64,000 nt of DNA. Source: a virus. A program made the translations under genes and the position numbers. The first letter of the stretch is position 1. Each line of letters opens with the position of its first letter. Under the pieces are notes generated by a model. It was not told where the DNA came from. It did not search any database and was given only the letters and a program-made list of their open reading frames with translations. Of this stretch, positions 24,484 through 33,569 are shown in pieces. The stretch is taken from IMG/VR virus record IMGVR_UViG_3300025834_000005; one strand, written 5' to 3'.

Positions 24484-25425
24484 ATGACGAATAAATACAA
24501 CAATGACGAATTAGCCAACAGCAAACATGCAGATGTTATCAGACTATTGGATATCAATAAGAAGATCGCTAAGCTATATCGTAAAGCAGGCAAACTCGAA
24601 TTCCGTAATGGCTTCGTAGAAGAAGCTGGCAAGAACCTAATCAAGGCTGTCGAGCTTGACCCATCAACAAAACGTTCTTACAAATTCAATGGCGAGAAAC
24701 TTTACCTACAAAAGGTAGAAGAAGAAATTCCTGTGCCAAATGAATTCGATGAAATACTCGACCAGATTTTCGGAGAAAAGCTAAACGATCATTCTGAATT
24801 CCTTTCTACCCAATCAGATTTCCTTAACAATATAATGGAAAACAGTCGTAAGAGAACCGTACAGAAATTACAAGGCGAAGAACTTGCTAAGAAAGCCTAT
24901 ACAGCTAAAGATATCGACGTCCCTGAATACGCTACCCTTTTTGCTATGCCTGTTCAAACAGGTAGCCAAGAAGATATTATTGAATTCCAAATCGAAGACC
25001 TTCTTGGTGATATCGAAAACATTCTGGGTCTTTTAAATAAAAACGCTTCCGCAAAAACAGAACCTGTAAAGGCTTGGAATAAACTTCCTACTAACGACCC
25101 TTGGGCAGATTTTGTTAAACAGCTTAACGTTACAGGTAAACTGAATCACCCTGTAGCTCCTCTCACTTCAACTGGTGAGAAAATTATCGACGCTAAAGCC
25201 GACAGAACAGCTACCAAAAAACAAATCCAAGGTGTAGCCGATGCTATTAAAGCTAATTCAAATCGTTTTAATAAGCCACAAGCTGTTACCAAAGAAGTGA
25301 TCGACGCAATGCCTAATCAAAAGCTTGCATCACAACTCGATACCTATATGAAAATCAAAAATCGTAAAGGTAGCGACGAAGTTACCCTCGAAGATATCGT
25401 AAATCTTCTTACTGGTAAATACTAA
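24484..25425 (+). CDS. hypothetical protein (313 aa)
   Basis: ORF track; promoter 24439. Confidence 0.8.
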   Translation: MTNKYNNDELANSKHADVIRLLDINKKIAKLYRKAGKLEFRNGFVEEAGKNLIKAVELDPSTKRSYKFNGEKLYLQKVEEEIPVPNEFDEILDQIFGEKLNDHSEFLSTQSDFLNNIMENSRKRTVQKLQGEELAKKAYTAKDIDVPEYATLFAMPVQTGSQEDIIEFQIEDLLGDIENILGLLNKNASAKTEPVKAWNKLPTNDPWADFVKQLNVTGKLNHPVAPLTSTGEKIIDAKADRTATKKQIQGVADAIKANSNRFNKPQAVTKEVIDAMPNQKLASQLDTYMKIKNRKGSDEVTLEDIVNLLTGKY

Positions 25426-25433
25426 TATGCAAA

Positions 25434-25470
25434 AATAATCATAGGGGTCAAACAGATCACTATGATTATT
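25434..25470 (+). terminator. hairpin after CDS 24484..25425
   Basis: AATAATCATAG / CTATGATTATT perfect 11 bp, 15-nt loop, no clear T-run. Confidence 0.45.
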
Positions 25471-25780
25471 ATGTTATTCTTATACAGCGTTTTACCTAAA
25501 ACAGCCGTTAGCCAAACAGGTCATTAGTAGCCCAAATATCTTCTCCGTTCTGGTTGCAAAATCATAGATATTCATTAATGACCTGTTATTTAAGTTCTTA
25601 ACATATTGAAAAACTATGATAATCGAATTCTCTATAGGGGTCTGAGAGGCTATTTATCATATTACAATGTCCATAATTATAATTATTTATAAAAATGGTT
25701 TCTGAAAAAAAGCACATGGGTCGTCGCTCTTCGTGTCGGTACACAAAATGCTTAGTTTTTAATCAAAAACCCTACCCAAT

Positions 25781-25829
25781 TAGACATTTAGACAAGCGTC
25801 TAATTAAAACCCCTATTATTCAGCGTCTA
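25781..25829. repeat. TAGAC / GTCTA iteron-like cluster
   Basis: TAGAC at 25781 and 25789; GTCTA at 25798 and 25825 (GCGTCTAA x2). Confidence 0.5.
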
Positions 25830-25862
25830 ACTCCTTGATACTCAGCAAAACCTTTTTCAAAT

Positions 25863-25990
25863 AAAAATGATCAGATTCTAACCATTTTAATTAAAATAGG
25901 GTAGTTATGGTACAAATAAAATAGCTTTTTTTATTTGATCATTTTCTGATCAAAATTACCCATATAAATGACGTAAAAATGATCAAAAAT
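25863..25990. repeat. GATC cluster (AAAATGATCA repeats and TTTGATCA / TGATCAAA palindrome)
   Basis: Four GATC sites in about 125 bp of AT-rich spacer: 25870, 25938, 25949, 25981. Confidence 0.5.
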
Positions 25991-26003
25991 AGGTTATGTT
26001 TTT

Positions 26004-26033
26004 TGTAACCTTTCAGGTTGTTTTACGTATAAC
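26004..26033 (+). promoter_or_regulatory. ECF-sigma-type promoter (TGTAAC-N16-CGTATAAC repeat)
   Basis: Exact N16; next ATG 26060. Confidence 0.7.
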
Positions 26034-26059
26034 GAAGAAACAATTTAATATTTTAATCT

Positions 26060-26566
26060 ATGAAAAAGCTTTTATTATTTATGGTATTATTATTCTCTAT
26101 GATGATATCACAGGCACAGGTTGGTATTTTCTCAATAGGCGTAGGTGCATCGTCATTTAATGTTGAGACGGAAGGTTCATCAAATATCGGCTTAGGTATA
26201 TCTTTATCAGTCGGTAGAGTGTATTTTGATGTAGCCAGCAATTTGGCTCATGGTAAGGGTGAGCAATTAGATTTTAGTTCTGATTACACATATCCTACTA
26301 ACAAGATATCGGCAGGTGTTGTTAATATAGGATATATTATTCCTATTAAAAAAATACATATTATACCCACTATTGGATATGGTTTCAGTAACAGGATATA
26401 TCAAGACCCAATTGGGTGGGACACTTATTACAATGGAAAGAGTGATGGAGCAATTAATTTGGGTGTTATCGGTAGTATATCATTAACTGATAATATTAAA
26501 CTATATGCTGGGGCAGGGACATTTGAAAGGTTTAAGGCTGGTATTACATTTAGTACAGGATATTAA
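26060..26566 (+). CDS. outer-membrane beta-barrel-like protein with signal peptide (168 aa)
   Basis: MKKLLLFMVLLFSMMISQAQ signal, alternating Gly/aromatic strands, C-terminal GITFSTGY. Confidence 0.55.
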   Translation: MKKLLLFMVLLFSMMISQAQVGIFSIGVGASSFNVETEGSSNIGLGISLSVGRVYFDVASNLAHGKGEQLDFSSDYTYPTNKISAGVVNIGYIIPIKKIHIIPTIGYGFSNRIYQDPIGWDTYYNGKSDGAINLGVIGSISLTDNIKLYAGAGTFERFKAGITFSTGY

Positions 26567-26582
26567 AATATTCGCTTAAAGT

Positions 26583-26612
26583 TGTAACCTTTTATATTTT
26601 TCCACGTATAAG
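26583..26612 (+). promoter_or_regulatory. ECF-sigma-type promoter, variant -10 CGTATAAG
   Basis: Exact N16; next ATG 26641. Confidence 0.6.
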
Positions 26613-26640
26613 GAATAAAAATAACATTTAAATATTGGGT

Positions 26641-27441
26641 ATGGATAAACAGAGTAAAATTTTTGAAACTACGGATTACAGCAAGTTTAAAACTTTGGTT
26701 GGTAATCGTGAAGTTAACAAATTGCATGTGAAAAAGCTTAAAGAATCCTTTGAGCGGCAATACATGAAAACGATTATCACCGTCAATGAATTCTTTGAGA
26801 TTATTGATGGACAGCATAGATTAGCTGCTGCTATAGCTTTGAAGGCTGAAAAGGGTATCGTTCTTCCAATCTATTATATTATCATGGTTGGCTATGGTTT
26901 GAAGCAAGTTCAAGCCTTGAATAATGATAATAAGAACTGGAATAAGAAAGATTATTTGAAAACATTTTGTGATCAAGATATTGAGAGCTACAATATGTAT
27001 AAGGAATTTAAGGAATTATTTCCTATGTTTGGTGATGTTGTATGTGAAATGTTGTTAACTGATAAGCTTTCACATACCAAAAACAGTACTGATTCCACAT
27101 TGATTTCGAAAACGAATAAAGATGGCTCATACACTACAAATGATTTTATCGAAGGTAATTTAGTAATACCTGACTATGCTAAGTCTATTGCTAATGCGAA
27201 TAAGATATTAACAATAAAACCTTATTATACCGATGGCTATATGAAACCTCAATTTGTTAGGGCTATGCTTGGTGTGATGAAAAACCCTGATTATTCTCAT
27301 GATAGAATGCTTAATAGGTTAGCTGTTAAATCGACATCTTTGAGAAACTGTACAAAGGTATCTGAATACAGGGATTTGATCGATTATGTTTACAACTACG
27401 ACATGAGGGCTTTTAACAAGCTTAATTTAAAATCATACTAA
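26641..27441 (+). CDS. ParB/DndB-like DGQHR-motif protein (266 aa)
   Basis: FEIIDGQHRLAAAIAL motif; track TTG start trimmed to ATG 26641. Confidence 0.55.
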   Translation: MDKQSKIFETTDYSKFKTLVGNREVNKLHVKKLKESFERQYMKTIITVNEFFEIIDGQHRLAAAIALKAEKGIVLPIYYIIMVGYGLKQVQALNNDNKNWNKKDYLKTFCDQDIESYNMYKEFKELFPMFGDVVCEMLLTDKLSHTKNSTDSTLISKTNKDGSYTTNDFIEGNLVIPDYAKSIANANKILTIKPYYTDGYMKPQFVRAMLGVMKNPDYSHDRMLNRLAVKSTSLRNCTKVSEYRDLIDYVYNYDMRAFNKLNLKSY

Positions 27442-27460
27442 TATTATTCATTAATATTTG

Positions 27461-27494
27461 AAAAGGTTATGGCTTAAAGTTGTAACCTTTTTTA
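27461..27494 (+). terminator. terminator whose 3' arm is the -35 element
   Basis: AAAAGGTTA / TAACCTTTT plus T-run. Confidence 0.6.
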
Positions 27495-27510
27495 TTTTAT
27501 AACGTATAAC
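27481..27510 (+). promoter_or_regulatory. ECF-sigma-type promoter (TGTAAC-N16-CGTATAAC repeat)
   Basis: Exact N16; next ATG 27529. Confidence 0.7.
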
Positions 27511-27528
27511 GAAGAAACAATTTACTCT

Positions 27529-27816
27529 ATGTTCAATCCACATTTACCATCGGTTCTAAGTGATTCTTTAACGAAAGAACAAATGAAGTCTGCTTATGCT
27601 GATTTGCACTCCAACATGTATGATGCTTTATCTAATCTAAGCACTGGAACTATGTGGGAATCATACAGTATGAATTTTGAATTGCTTAATTTATATCGTA
27701 TTCTCTATACTGCCAATGGCGATATTAAAAACCTGAAAGCAGTTGATGAATGTGATAGAAGATTAAAAGCTATTGAGATATTATTGGCTGAGATTAAAAC
27801 TGGTCTTGGATTTTAA
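27529..27816 (+). CDS. hypothetical protein (95 aa)
   Basis: ORF track; promoter 27481. Confidence 0.7.
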   Translation: MFNPHLPSVLSDSLTKEQMKSAYADLHSNMYDALSNLSTGTMWESYSMNFELLNLYRILYTANGDIKNLKAVDECDRRLKAIEILLAEIKTGLGF

Positions 27817-27834
27817 TTAATTAAAATATATATC

Positions 27835-28509
27835 ATGTATAAAGATTGTAAGGTTTATTTGATCAACTCTGGTATTGATGCTGTTGTTGGTGATATTACA
27901 TCCTATCCTTTAGGATTGGCTATTGCTTTATTTCAGCCTAAGAATAATGAAAAGGCGTATAATCTTTATGTAACTGTTGAGGATAAGATTAATGTTGGTG
28001 ATTGGTGTTTACATGCTATGGGTGATGTTGCTAATAACGATCATAAGTTGATACAGGCTACTGTTTCCAATGTTGAATCTATTCAGGAATGGTGGAATAA
28101 GGTTATTGCTTCATCCGATAAGTCTCTTGGTTATCCTATACTCTCAGATGATTTTGTTGAGACATTTATTCGTTCTTATGTCAAGGATAATAATATTATA
28201 TCCATGAAGATTCAGTATGAGAGGTGGATTACCAATTTGGGTAGACCTTTTGTAGTTAGTGATGATTATCCTATTACTCAAAGAATATACGAAGAAGGTA
28301 CTGGCTTAAGGGTTGTTGTCAATATTGATGGCACTGTTAATTTAAAAGAGGTTGATGATTATCTTTTATTGATTGAAGGTAAGATCATTAAAACAGGTGA
28401 TAAGGCTGATATTCGTAGAGCTTATAATAAGGCTTTGTGTATGTATAATGATGGTAATTCGGATATGATGCCTATAATGGCTAAGATTATAAAAACACCT
28501 AATAAATAA
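27835..28509 (+). CDS. hypothetical protein (224 aa)
   Basis: ORF track; tiling. Confidence 0.75.
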   Translation: MYKDCKVYLINSGIDAVVGDITSYPLGLAIALFQPKNNEKAYNLYVTVEDKINVGDWCLHAMGDVANNDHKLIQATVSNVESIQEWWNKVIASSDKSLGYPILSDDFVETFIRSYVKDNNIISMKIQYERWITNLGRPFVVSDDYPITQRIYEEGTGLRVVVNIDGTVNLKEVDDYLLLIEGKIIKTGDKADIRRAYNKALCMYNDGNSDMMPIMAKIIKTPNK

Positions 28510-28516
28510 AACGCAT

Positions 28517-28810
28517 ATGAAGAATTATATTACATTTGAAAAAGCGGAATTAAAGTCTGTTATTACCACATTAGGTAATAATTTACAAACCATTGCAGAT
28601 AGTATTGCATATTTTCAACAATATGCTAAGCTAAAAGGTGTTCAGCATGATTATATGATATCGTCGGCATTAGTAAAAATCAATGAAAGTTTAGGTACTT
28701 TGAAACATGAGTTTAATTTGCCAATTGAGCCAAATATATGTTTAGACCCTATTACCCAAATAACACTTGATAAAGTGATTGAAAGGGTTAACAAAGCACA
28801 TGCTAAATAA
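28517..28810 (+). CDS. hypothetical protein (97 aa)
   Basis: ORF track; tiling. Confidence 0.7.
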   Translation: MKNYITFEKAELKSVITTLGNNLQTIADSIAYFQQYAKLKGVQHDYMISSALVKINESLGTLKHEFNLPIEPNICLDPITQITLDKVIERVNKAHAK

Positions 28811-28819
28811 AATTCTATC

Positions 28820-29197
28820 ATGAACACAAAAGAAGAGATTTTATCAGACATAATGATGTTAAGGGTTGACTGTCCCGATTGTCATGGTCTCTATGATGAT
28901 GATCAGTATACATGCACTACATGTTGGTGTGAAGGTGGTAATGACACTATCAATGTTTTTAATTGGTTGAAGGATAACCCTGAGACTATGGGATTAATAG
29001 TTAAGCCGAAGGTTTTCAATCCTTATGAATTAGATGTAACCATTGATAATGTGGATTCACGCACAGGGTATTTTAAATTAAAAAACCAATATGTGAATGA
29101 GTTGTTCAATGGTTATATTACTACAACGGAGTATATGGAGAAAATGAATACTTTATATCAAAAGGAGTTCAGATATTTTGATAAAGATATGGAATAG
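28820..29197 (+). CDS. Cys-rich putative zinc-binding protein (125 aa)
   Basis: CPDCHG...CTTCWCEGG. Confidence 0.65.
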   Translation: MNTKEEILSDIMMLRVDCPDCHGLYDDDQYTCTTCWCEGGNDTINVFNWLKDNPETMGLIVKPKVFNPYELDVTIDNVDSRTGYFKLKNQYVNELFNGYITTTEYMEKMNTLYQKEFRYFDKDME

Positions 29198-29222
29198 GTT
29201 TTAATTAAAAAGTAAATATATT

Positions 29223-29429
29223 ATGGCAGACATAAAAGATTTGGATAGTGGCGATTTCCCTGATAAGGGAAAGTCAACGAGATATAATTATGATGTTGAC
29301 TGTACGCCAGCAAATATGTGTATTCTCATACGAAAGCTAAATGAGTTAACATCACGTCTTAATTCAGTTCAAAGTAGATTAGAGGCTAAGATTTTGAATG
29401 ATCGAGAAGGCGCATATAAATTCAGGTAA
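29223..29429 (+). CDS. hypothetical protein (68 aa)
   Basis: ORF track; palindrome junction. Confidence 0.6.
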   Translation: MADIKDLDSGDFPDKGKSTRYNYDVDCTPANMCILIRKLNELTSRLNSVQSRLEAKILNDREGAYKFR

Positions 29430-29467
29430 GCTATGAATAATTCCTTGTGGTATTCGATAATTATATT

Positions 29468-29475
29468 TATCTTTG
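29468..29475 (+). promoter_or_regulatory. host-type -7 box TATCTTTG
   Basis: 18 nt upstream of ATG 29493. Confidence 0.5.
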
Positions 29476-29492
29476 CATTAAAATAATTAATT

Positions 29493-29921
29493 ATGACAAA
29501 GTATTATGACGTTAATACGAAGACGTTTTCAAAGTTTAATGAAGCCCAGAGGAATTTATTAAATGCTATTTATATTGACCCAACTGTTTACGAAGGTACG
29601 AAAGATGCCGTTGTTTATCAATATCATGCTGTTCAGTTACATTTAAATGATTTTCTTTCAGAAGATGATGTTTTTCTTGTGTTGAGCGAAGTACGAAAAC
29701 TAAATGATTTTAAGGTTCTTTTGTATAATCCTGTTGCTGAAATTATAAGACTTGAAACTACATTGATTGTGGATAGAATTGAGTCATATGTTAATTTTGA
29801 CAATTCACATAATGGTGGTGGCAACACTAAAATATTCACTGAACTTGCTATAAGCGAAGTATCTAACGAGATCAAAAATAGGATTCGCAAACTCATTCTG
29901 GACTTTTGCGAGGTTTTTTAA
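29493..29921 (+). CDS. hypothetical protein (142 aa)
   Basis: ORF track; TATCTTTG box 18 nt upstream. Confidence 0.7.
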   Translation: MTKYYDVNTKTFSKFNEAQRNLLNAIYIDPTVYEGTKDAVVYQYHAVQLHLNDFLSEDDVFLVLSEVRKLNDFKVLLYNPVAEIIRLETTLIVDRIESYVNFDNSHNGGGNTKIFTELAISEVSNEIKNRIRKLILDFCEVF

Positions 29922-29942
29922 TTAAAACCCATATAATATCTG

Positions 29943-29975
29943 AAAAGGTTATGACTTTAAGTTGTAACCTTTTTT
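29943..29975 (+). terminator. terminator whose 3' arm is the -35 element
   Basis: AAAAGGTTA / TAACCTTTT plus T-run. Confidence 0.6.
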
Positions 29976-29992
29976 ATTTGTTTACGTATAAC
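29963..29992 (+). promoter_or_regulatory. ECF-sigma-type promoter (TGTAAC-N16-CGTATAAC repeat)
   Basis: Exact N16; next ATG 30009. Confidence 0.7.
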
Positions 29993-30008
29993 ATAGAAAA
30001 TAGAGATC

Positions 30009-30539
30009 ATGATTAAAGAATTTACCCATAATGATTTGTTGTTGAGAAGAGGTTGCTACAGTTTGAAGCAGGCTTGTGCATTTTGCACAGGCAGACCAAA
30101 GATTATATCCATGAATGACATAATGAATTCTGATATTTCGATAAAGGATAAGACATGGTTTTTATTTAACGAAACAAGCTTAACTAAACGTGAGTCATTT
30201 GAATTAGTGTATAAGATCATGACGATTATTCTGCCTATATATGAGTCTGGCAATACTGACAATAAAAATCCAAGATTAGCTCTTGAAGATTTAAAGATAT
30301 ATATTGATTCTGATTATAGTAAAAGTCTTAATTTATATAAATATAGATTTAATGATACAACCGAGGGAAATTATGACTCTGCCTACGCTTCATTTAGTTA
30401 TGCATCGTTTGCTTTTAACGATTTAATGGCTGAAATGCATTATACGGCAATTTCTTGTGCTGTTGCAGCTGTTTGTATTGGTTATTATAATGAATATAAA
30501 AATGAAATGTTAAGGGTTTTGAATGAATTTACACTATAA
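30009..30539 (+). CDS. hypothetical protein (176 aa)
   Basis: ORF track; promoter 29963. Confidence 0.75.
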   Translation: MIKEFTHNDLLLRRGCYSLKQACAFCTGRPKIISMNDIMNSDISIKDKTWFLFNETSLTKRESFELVYKIMTIILPIYESGNTDNKNPRLALEDLKIYIDSDYSKSLNLYKYRFNDTTEGNYDSAYASFSYASFAFNDLMAEMHYTAISCAVAAVCIGYYNEYKNEMLRVLNEFTL

Positions 30540-30542
30540 GTT

Positions 30543-30902
30543 ATGAGACTATCTGAATTAAAGAAGGGTGATATTTTCAAGTTTGGTGATAAGGATTGGG
30601 ATGCTAAACATAAGCTGCATTCACTTGTTATTAAACCAAATGGTAAGATAGTTATATTTTTCTTTTCGATTAATTTTCAGGGTAAGAATGAAGAAGCTAA
30701 GTCGGATTCATTTACGTGGAGAGACACCGATGTTGAGGTATTCATACCCAAGTTTTATTTATCGGAGCAAAGAAGAACAAAAGGGTTGCCATGTATTCCT
30801 GTTAGCAATATGAGACATATCATAGGTGGTGAAGTTAATCCAATTAACATGTCAGATGTTTACTGCTGCCATGATAAATATTGGTATGATATTATTTATT
30901 AA
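30543..30902 (+). CDS. hypothetical protein (119 aa)
   Basis: ORF track; tiling. Confidence 0.7.
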   Translation: MRLSELKKGDIFKFGDKDWDAKHKLHSLVIKPNGKIVIFFFSINFQGKNEEAKSDSFTWRDTDVEVFIPKFYLSEQRRTKGLPCIPVSNMRHIIGGEVNPINMSDVYCCHDKYWYDIIY

Positions 30903-30930
30903 ATCACTTGCCGTATTTAATAAATATATG

Positions 30931-30938
30931 TACTTTTG
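30931..30938 (+). promoter_or_regulatory. host-type -7 box TACTTTTG
   Basis: 18 nt upstream of ATG 30956. Confidence 0.5.
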
Positions 30939-30955
30939 CATTATTATAGCTCTGG

Positions 30956-31213
30956 ATGGGCTTTGTAAAATCTATTAATATTATGACAACAGTTAAAGCT
31001 AAATTTACATGTAGTTCCGTTATAGCTAATGCATACGGAAATTCAACAACGGCACATTTTCATGCTGTATATGGCAGCAACGGCGAAAACGCTGATTATG
31101 CGAAAGCAACTCCCTGCGGAAACATTTCGATTGTAATTGATAATGATGTACCTGCTTCGAAATTCTTTGAACAAGGCACAGACTATTATTTAACCTTCGA
31201 AGCCGTTAAATAA
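30956..31213 (+). CDS. hypothetical protein (85 aa; alternative start 30983)
   Basis: ORF track; TACTTTTG box upstream. Confidence 0.65.
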   Translation: MGFVKSINIMTTVKAKFTCSSVIANAYGNSTTAHFHAVYGSNGENADYAKATPCGNISIVIDNDVPASKFFEQGTDYYLTFEAVK

Positions 31214-31290
31214 ATATGTGTTTAAATTAATTTTCAGTAGTTTATAACACTATAATCGATTATTATTCGATTATCTGTGCAAATTATACT

Positions 31291-31322
31291 AAAAGGTTAT
31301 GGATTATTCTGTAACCTTTTTG
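31291..31322 (+). terminator. terminator whose 3' arm is the -35 element
   Basis: AAAAGGTTA / TAACCTTTT. Confidence 0.6.
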
Positions 31323-31339
31323 TTTTGTTTACGTATAAG
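31310..31339 (+). promoter_or_regulatory. ECF-sigma-type promoter, variant -10 CGTATAAG
   Basis: Exact N16; next ATG 31354. Confidence 0.6.
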
Positions 31340-31353
31340 TAATAAAAATAGTC

Positions 31354-31605
31354 ATGAATAGGAAATTACATAACACACCAGAAGATCGTTTATATTTGAG
31401 TGAATTGATTGCAGATGGTAAATTACCATTGGCTACATTTGAGATAGGCGTTTTTACATCTATATTGGCTGATGGTTTTAAAGTCATCACTCATTTTGGT
31501 AAGGTTACTTCAATTGATCTTGAAGATGGCTATTGTGAATGGAGATCAGCAGGGAATGATATGCCATGTATTAATATCAATGTAATTACACTAATAAATC
31601 CGTAA
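31354..31605 (+). CDS. hypothetical protein (83 aa)
   Basis: ORF track; promoter 31310. Confidence 0.7.
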   Translation: MNRKLHNTPEDRLYLSELIADGKLPLATFEIGVFTSILADGFKVITHFGKVTSIDLEDGYCEWRSAGNDMPCININVITLINP

Positions 31606-31630
31606 CCTTTTTTGTTTGTTTACGTATAAC
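31601..31630 (+). promoter_or_regulatory. ECF-sigma-type promoter, variant -35 CGTAAC
   Basis: Exact N16; next ATG 31645. Confidence 0.6.
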
Positions 31631-31644
31631 ATAGAAAATATAAC

Positions 31645-31761
31645 ATGAAAGAGAATTTAAAATCAATAGCATTAATCATTTTGATTGTAATAGCTATTGC
31701 TATGGTTATTAACAGTCGTAGAGCTGTTGATGTTTCAGTGCAAATGGAAAATAGAAAATAA
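31645..31761 (+). CDS. small membrane protein (38 aa)
   Basis: Own translation MKENLKSIALIILIVIAIAMVINSRRAVDVSVQMENRK; promoter 31601. Confidence 0.45.
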   Translation: MKENLKSIALIILIVIAIAMVINSRRAVDVSVQMENRK

Positions 31762-31762
31762 T

Positions 31763-32050
31763 ATGGAAAAGATTTTCACACCTGAGTTTTTGAAAGAGAT
31801 TGGCTTCACATTGGTTTATGAGAAGATCAGTGAGTTCAAACCTAATTTGCCTTATGGCTGTGCTAAAGACAGAATAGGTATGACACATATCTATTGGAAT
31901 GAGGATGGTCACCATGTTACTTACTTCGGTGAGCCATTAGAACCTAATATTGCCATGAGTATTCGTAAGGATGCTGATACCCGATATGCTTTCAATGGCT
32001 ATGTTTTTAATCAAGATGACGTTCGTAGGTTATTAAAACTAAGTTATTAA
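31763..32050 (+). CDS. hypothetical protein (95 aa)
   Basis: ORF track trimmed to MEKIFTPEF. Confidence 0.65.
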   Translation: MEKIFTPEFLKEIGFTLVYEKISEFKPNLPYGCAKDRIGMTHIYWNEDGHHVTYFGEPLEPNIAMSIRKDADTRYAFNGYVFNQDDVRRLLKLSY

Positions 32051-32153
32051 TTATGAGATATTTATTGGGTTGTGGCACTTAACGGCATGGACACCATATG
32101 ATCATACTCCTTGGGACACCTATCATAGGTGGATTGATTAAATATCATTTTTT

Positions 32154-32183
32154 TGTAACCTTTTGTTTTTAATTACGTATAAC
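32154..32183 (+). promoter_or_regulatory. ECF-sigma-type promoter (TGTAAC-N16-CGTATAAC repeat)
   Basis: Exact N16; next ATG 32200. Confidence 0.7.
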
Positions 32184-32199
32184 ATAGAAAATATAGATC

Positions 32200-32610
32200 A
32201 TGGAAGAATTATTTGTACCATATGCGTTGGCTTTGAAATTGAATAAGTATTTTGATGAAAAGACTTTTAGGGTTTATGACCTTCAAGGATATTTCCAAGA
32301 TGAAACTGTTATGGAATCTATGGAATTGACGGCAGTTAAAGCTCCAACCTATGCACAGGTGATTGATTGGTTCAGATTAAAATATGACCAACATATCGTT
32401 ATAGCACCATATTACAATCCCCTTTTCACTGAGACGTTATACTATGATGTGGCTATAGCCAATAGGGATAATTCGTATGAGGGTTTGATAACCAATGCTA
32501 TAGACAGGATGGGCGAGAAATGGATTAAAAACCCAAATAAATATCATTTGTATGAGGATTATTATGTTGGGTTGAATGCTATTATTAACGAAGCTTTAGA
32601 GCTGATTTAA
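32200..32610 (+). CDS. paralog family A member 1 (136 aa)
   Basis: N-term FVPYALALKLNK, mid YAQVIDWFRLKY, C-term NEALELI. Confidence 0.75.
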   Translation: MEELFVPYALALKLNKYFDEKTFRVYDLQGYFQDETVMESMELTAVKAPTYAQVIDWFRLKYDQHIVIAPYYNPLFTETLYYDVAIANRDNSYEGLITNAIDRMGEKWIKNPNKYHLYEDYYVGLNAIINEALELI

Positions 32611-32620
32611 ATTAAAAACG

Positions 32621-33028
32621 ATGGAAGTATTATTTATCAGCTATGCGTTGGCTAAGAAGCTTAAGGAAAAGGGATTTGATTTAAAATGCTTAGCTTATTA
32701 CAGCGGAGTTAATTTAACATATTCTCCTGTTATAATGGGCAGAAGTTTTCCCACAAAGAAACTTGAAGACCATGAGTTTTTAGCTCCGTTGTACCAACAG
32801 GTTACCGACTGGCTTAGGAATATACATGAGATTCATATTGAGATTGATTTAACTGACAATACAACTGAATATTATTATTCTTATTGCATTATTAATTCAA
32901 AGGTTAGAGAATATGACGATCAGGATATGGTTGATCAAGCCATGAGAGCATATAATTGGGATTACAAATCTCCTGACTATTATGCTGCTTTGAATACTGC
33001 TATCGAAGATGCTTTGAAACAAATTTAA
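32621..33028 (+). CDS. paralog family A member 2 (135 aa)
   Basis: FISYALAKKLKEKGF, YQQVTDWLRNIH, IEDALKQI. Confidence 0.75.
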   Translation: MEVLFISYALAKKLKEKGFDLKCLAYYSGVNLTYSPVIMGRSFPTKKLEDHEFLAPLYQQVTDWLRNIHEIHIEIDLTDNTTEYYYSYCIINSKVREYDDQDMVDQAMRAYNWDYKSPDYYAALNTAIEDALKQI

Positions 33029-33038
33029 ATTAAAAACA

Positions 33039-33341
33039 ATGGAAGACAAATTAATATCATACGAGTTGGCTTTAAAGCTACAGCTAAAAGGGTTCTGTCC
33101 CAGAGCATTTTTAATGACAAATGTTTTATATAAGGACAGAGTGGCATATATTACTCAATCCATGTTACAGAAATGGTTTAGGGAAGTGCATCATATTGAA
33201 CTGTCTGTGCTTTCTCATAAAATGGACGGTGTAAATACATATGTTGTTATCATCGGCGATGATAGATTAACATACACTGGGTTTAGCACATATGAAAGTG
33301 CTTTAGAGACTGGCTTATTGACTGCTTTAGCACGGATTTAA
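33039..33341 (+). CDS. paralog family A member 3 (100 aa)
   Basis: ISYELALKLQLKGF, LQKWFREVH, YESALETGLLTALARI. Confidence 0.7.
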   Translation: MEDKLISYELALKLQLKGFCPRAFLMTNVLYKDRVAYITQSMLQKWFREVHHIELSVLSHKMDGVNTYVVIIGDDRLTYTGFSTYESALETGLLTALARI

Positions 33342-33351
33342 ATTAAAAACG

Positions 33352-33569
33352 ATGAAATTTGTAGATTTAAAAAAGTGCGATAAAGATGCTATACATGATG
33401 CTCTTTCCAAGCTGATATCATAGGACTTAACGACGATGATCAGGTTGAGCGGTATTACAATAAGTTGCCATTAGAAATTAAGCAGAATGGCAAGTATTGG
33501 GGTTTTAGCGATTCAATAATAAGAGATCATATATATGTTTTCTTTGTAAATAATAAGCACAGCCTGTAA
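33352..33569 (+). pseudogene. small gene interrupted by a frame change (23-aa ORF, then -1 frame open to 33569)
   Basis: MKFVDLKKCDKDAIHDALSKLIS stop 33421-33423; other frame ADIIGLNDDDQVERYYNKLPLEIKQNGKYWGFSDSIIRDHIYVFFVNNKHSL has no ATG. Confidence 0.3.

Noticed and set aside
32051-32150. A Trp-rich open frame, LWHLTAWTPYDHTPWDTYHRWID, after CDS 31763..32050.
   Set aside because: It has no ATG start, only a TTG, and no promoter or junction motif. At 23 codons it is too weak to call.
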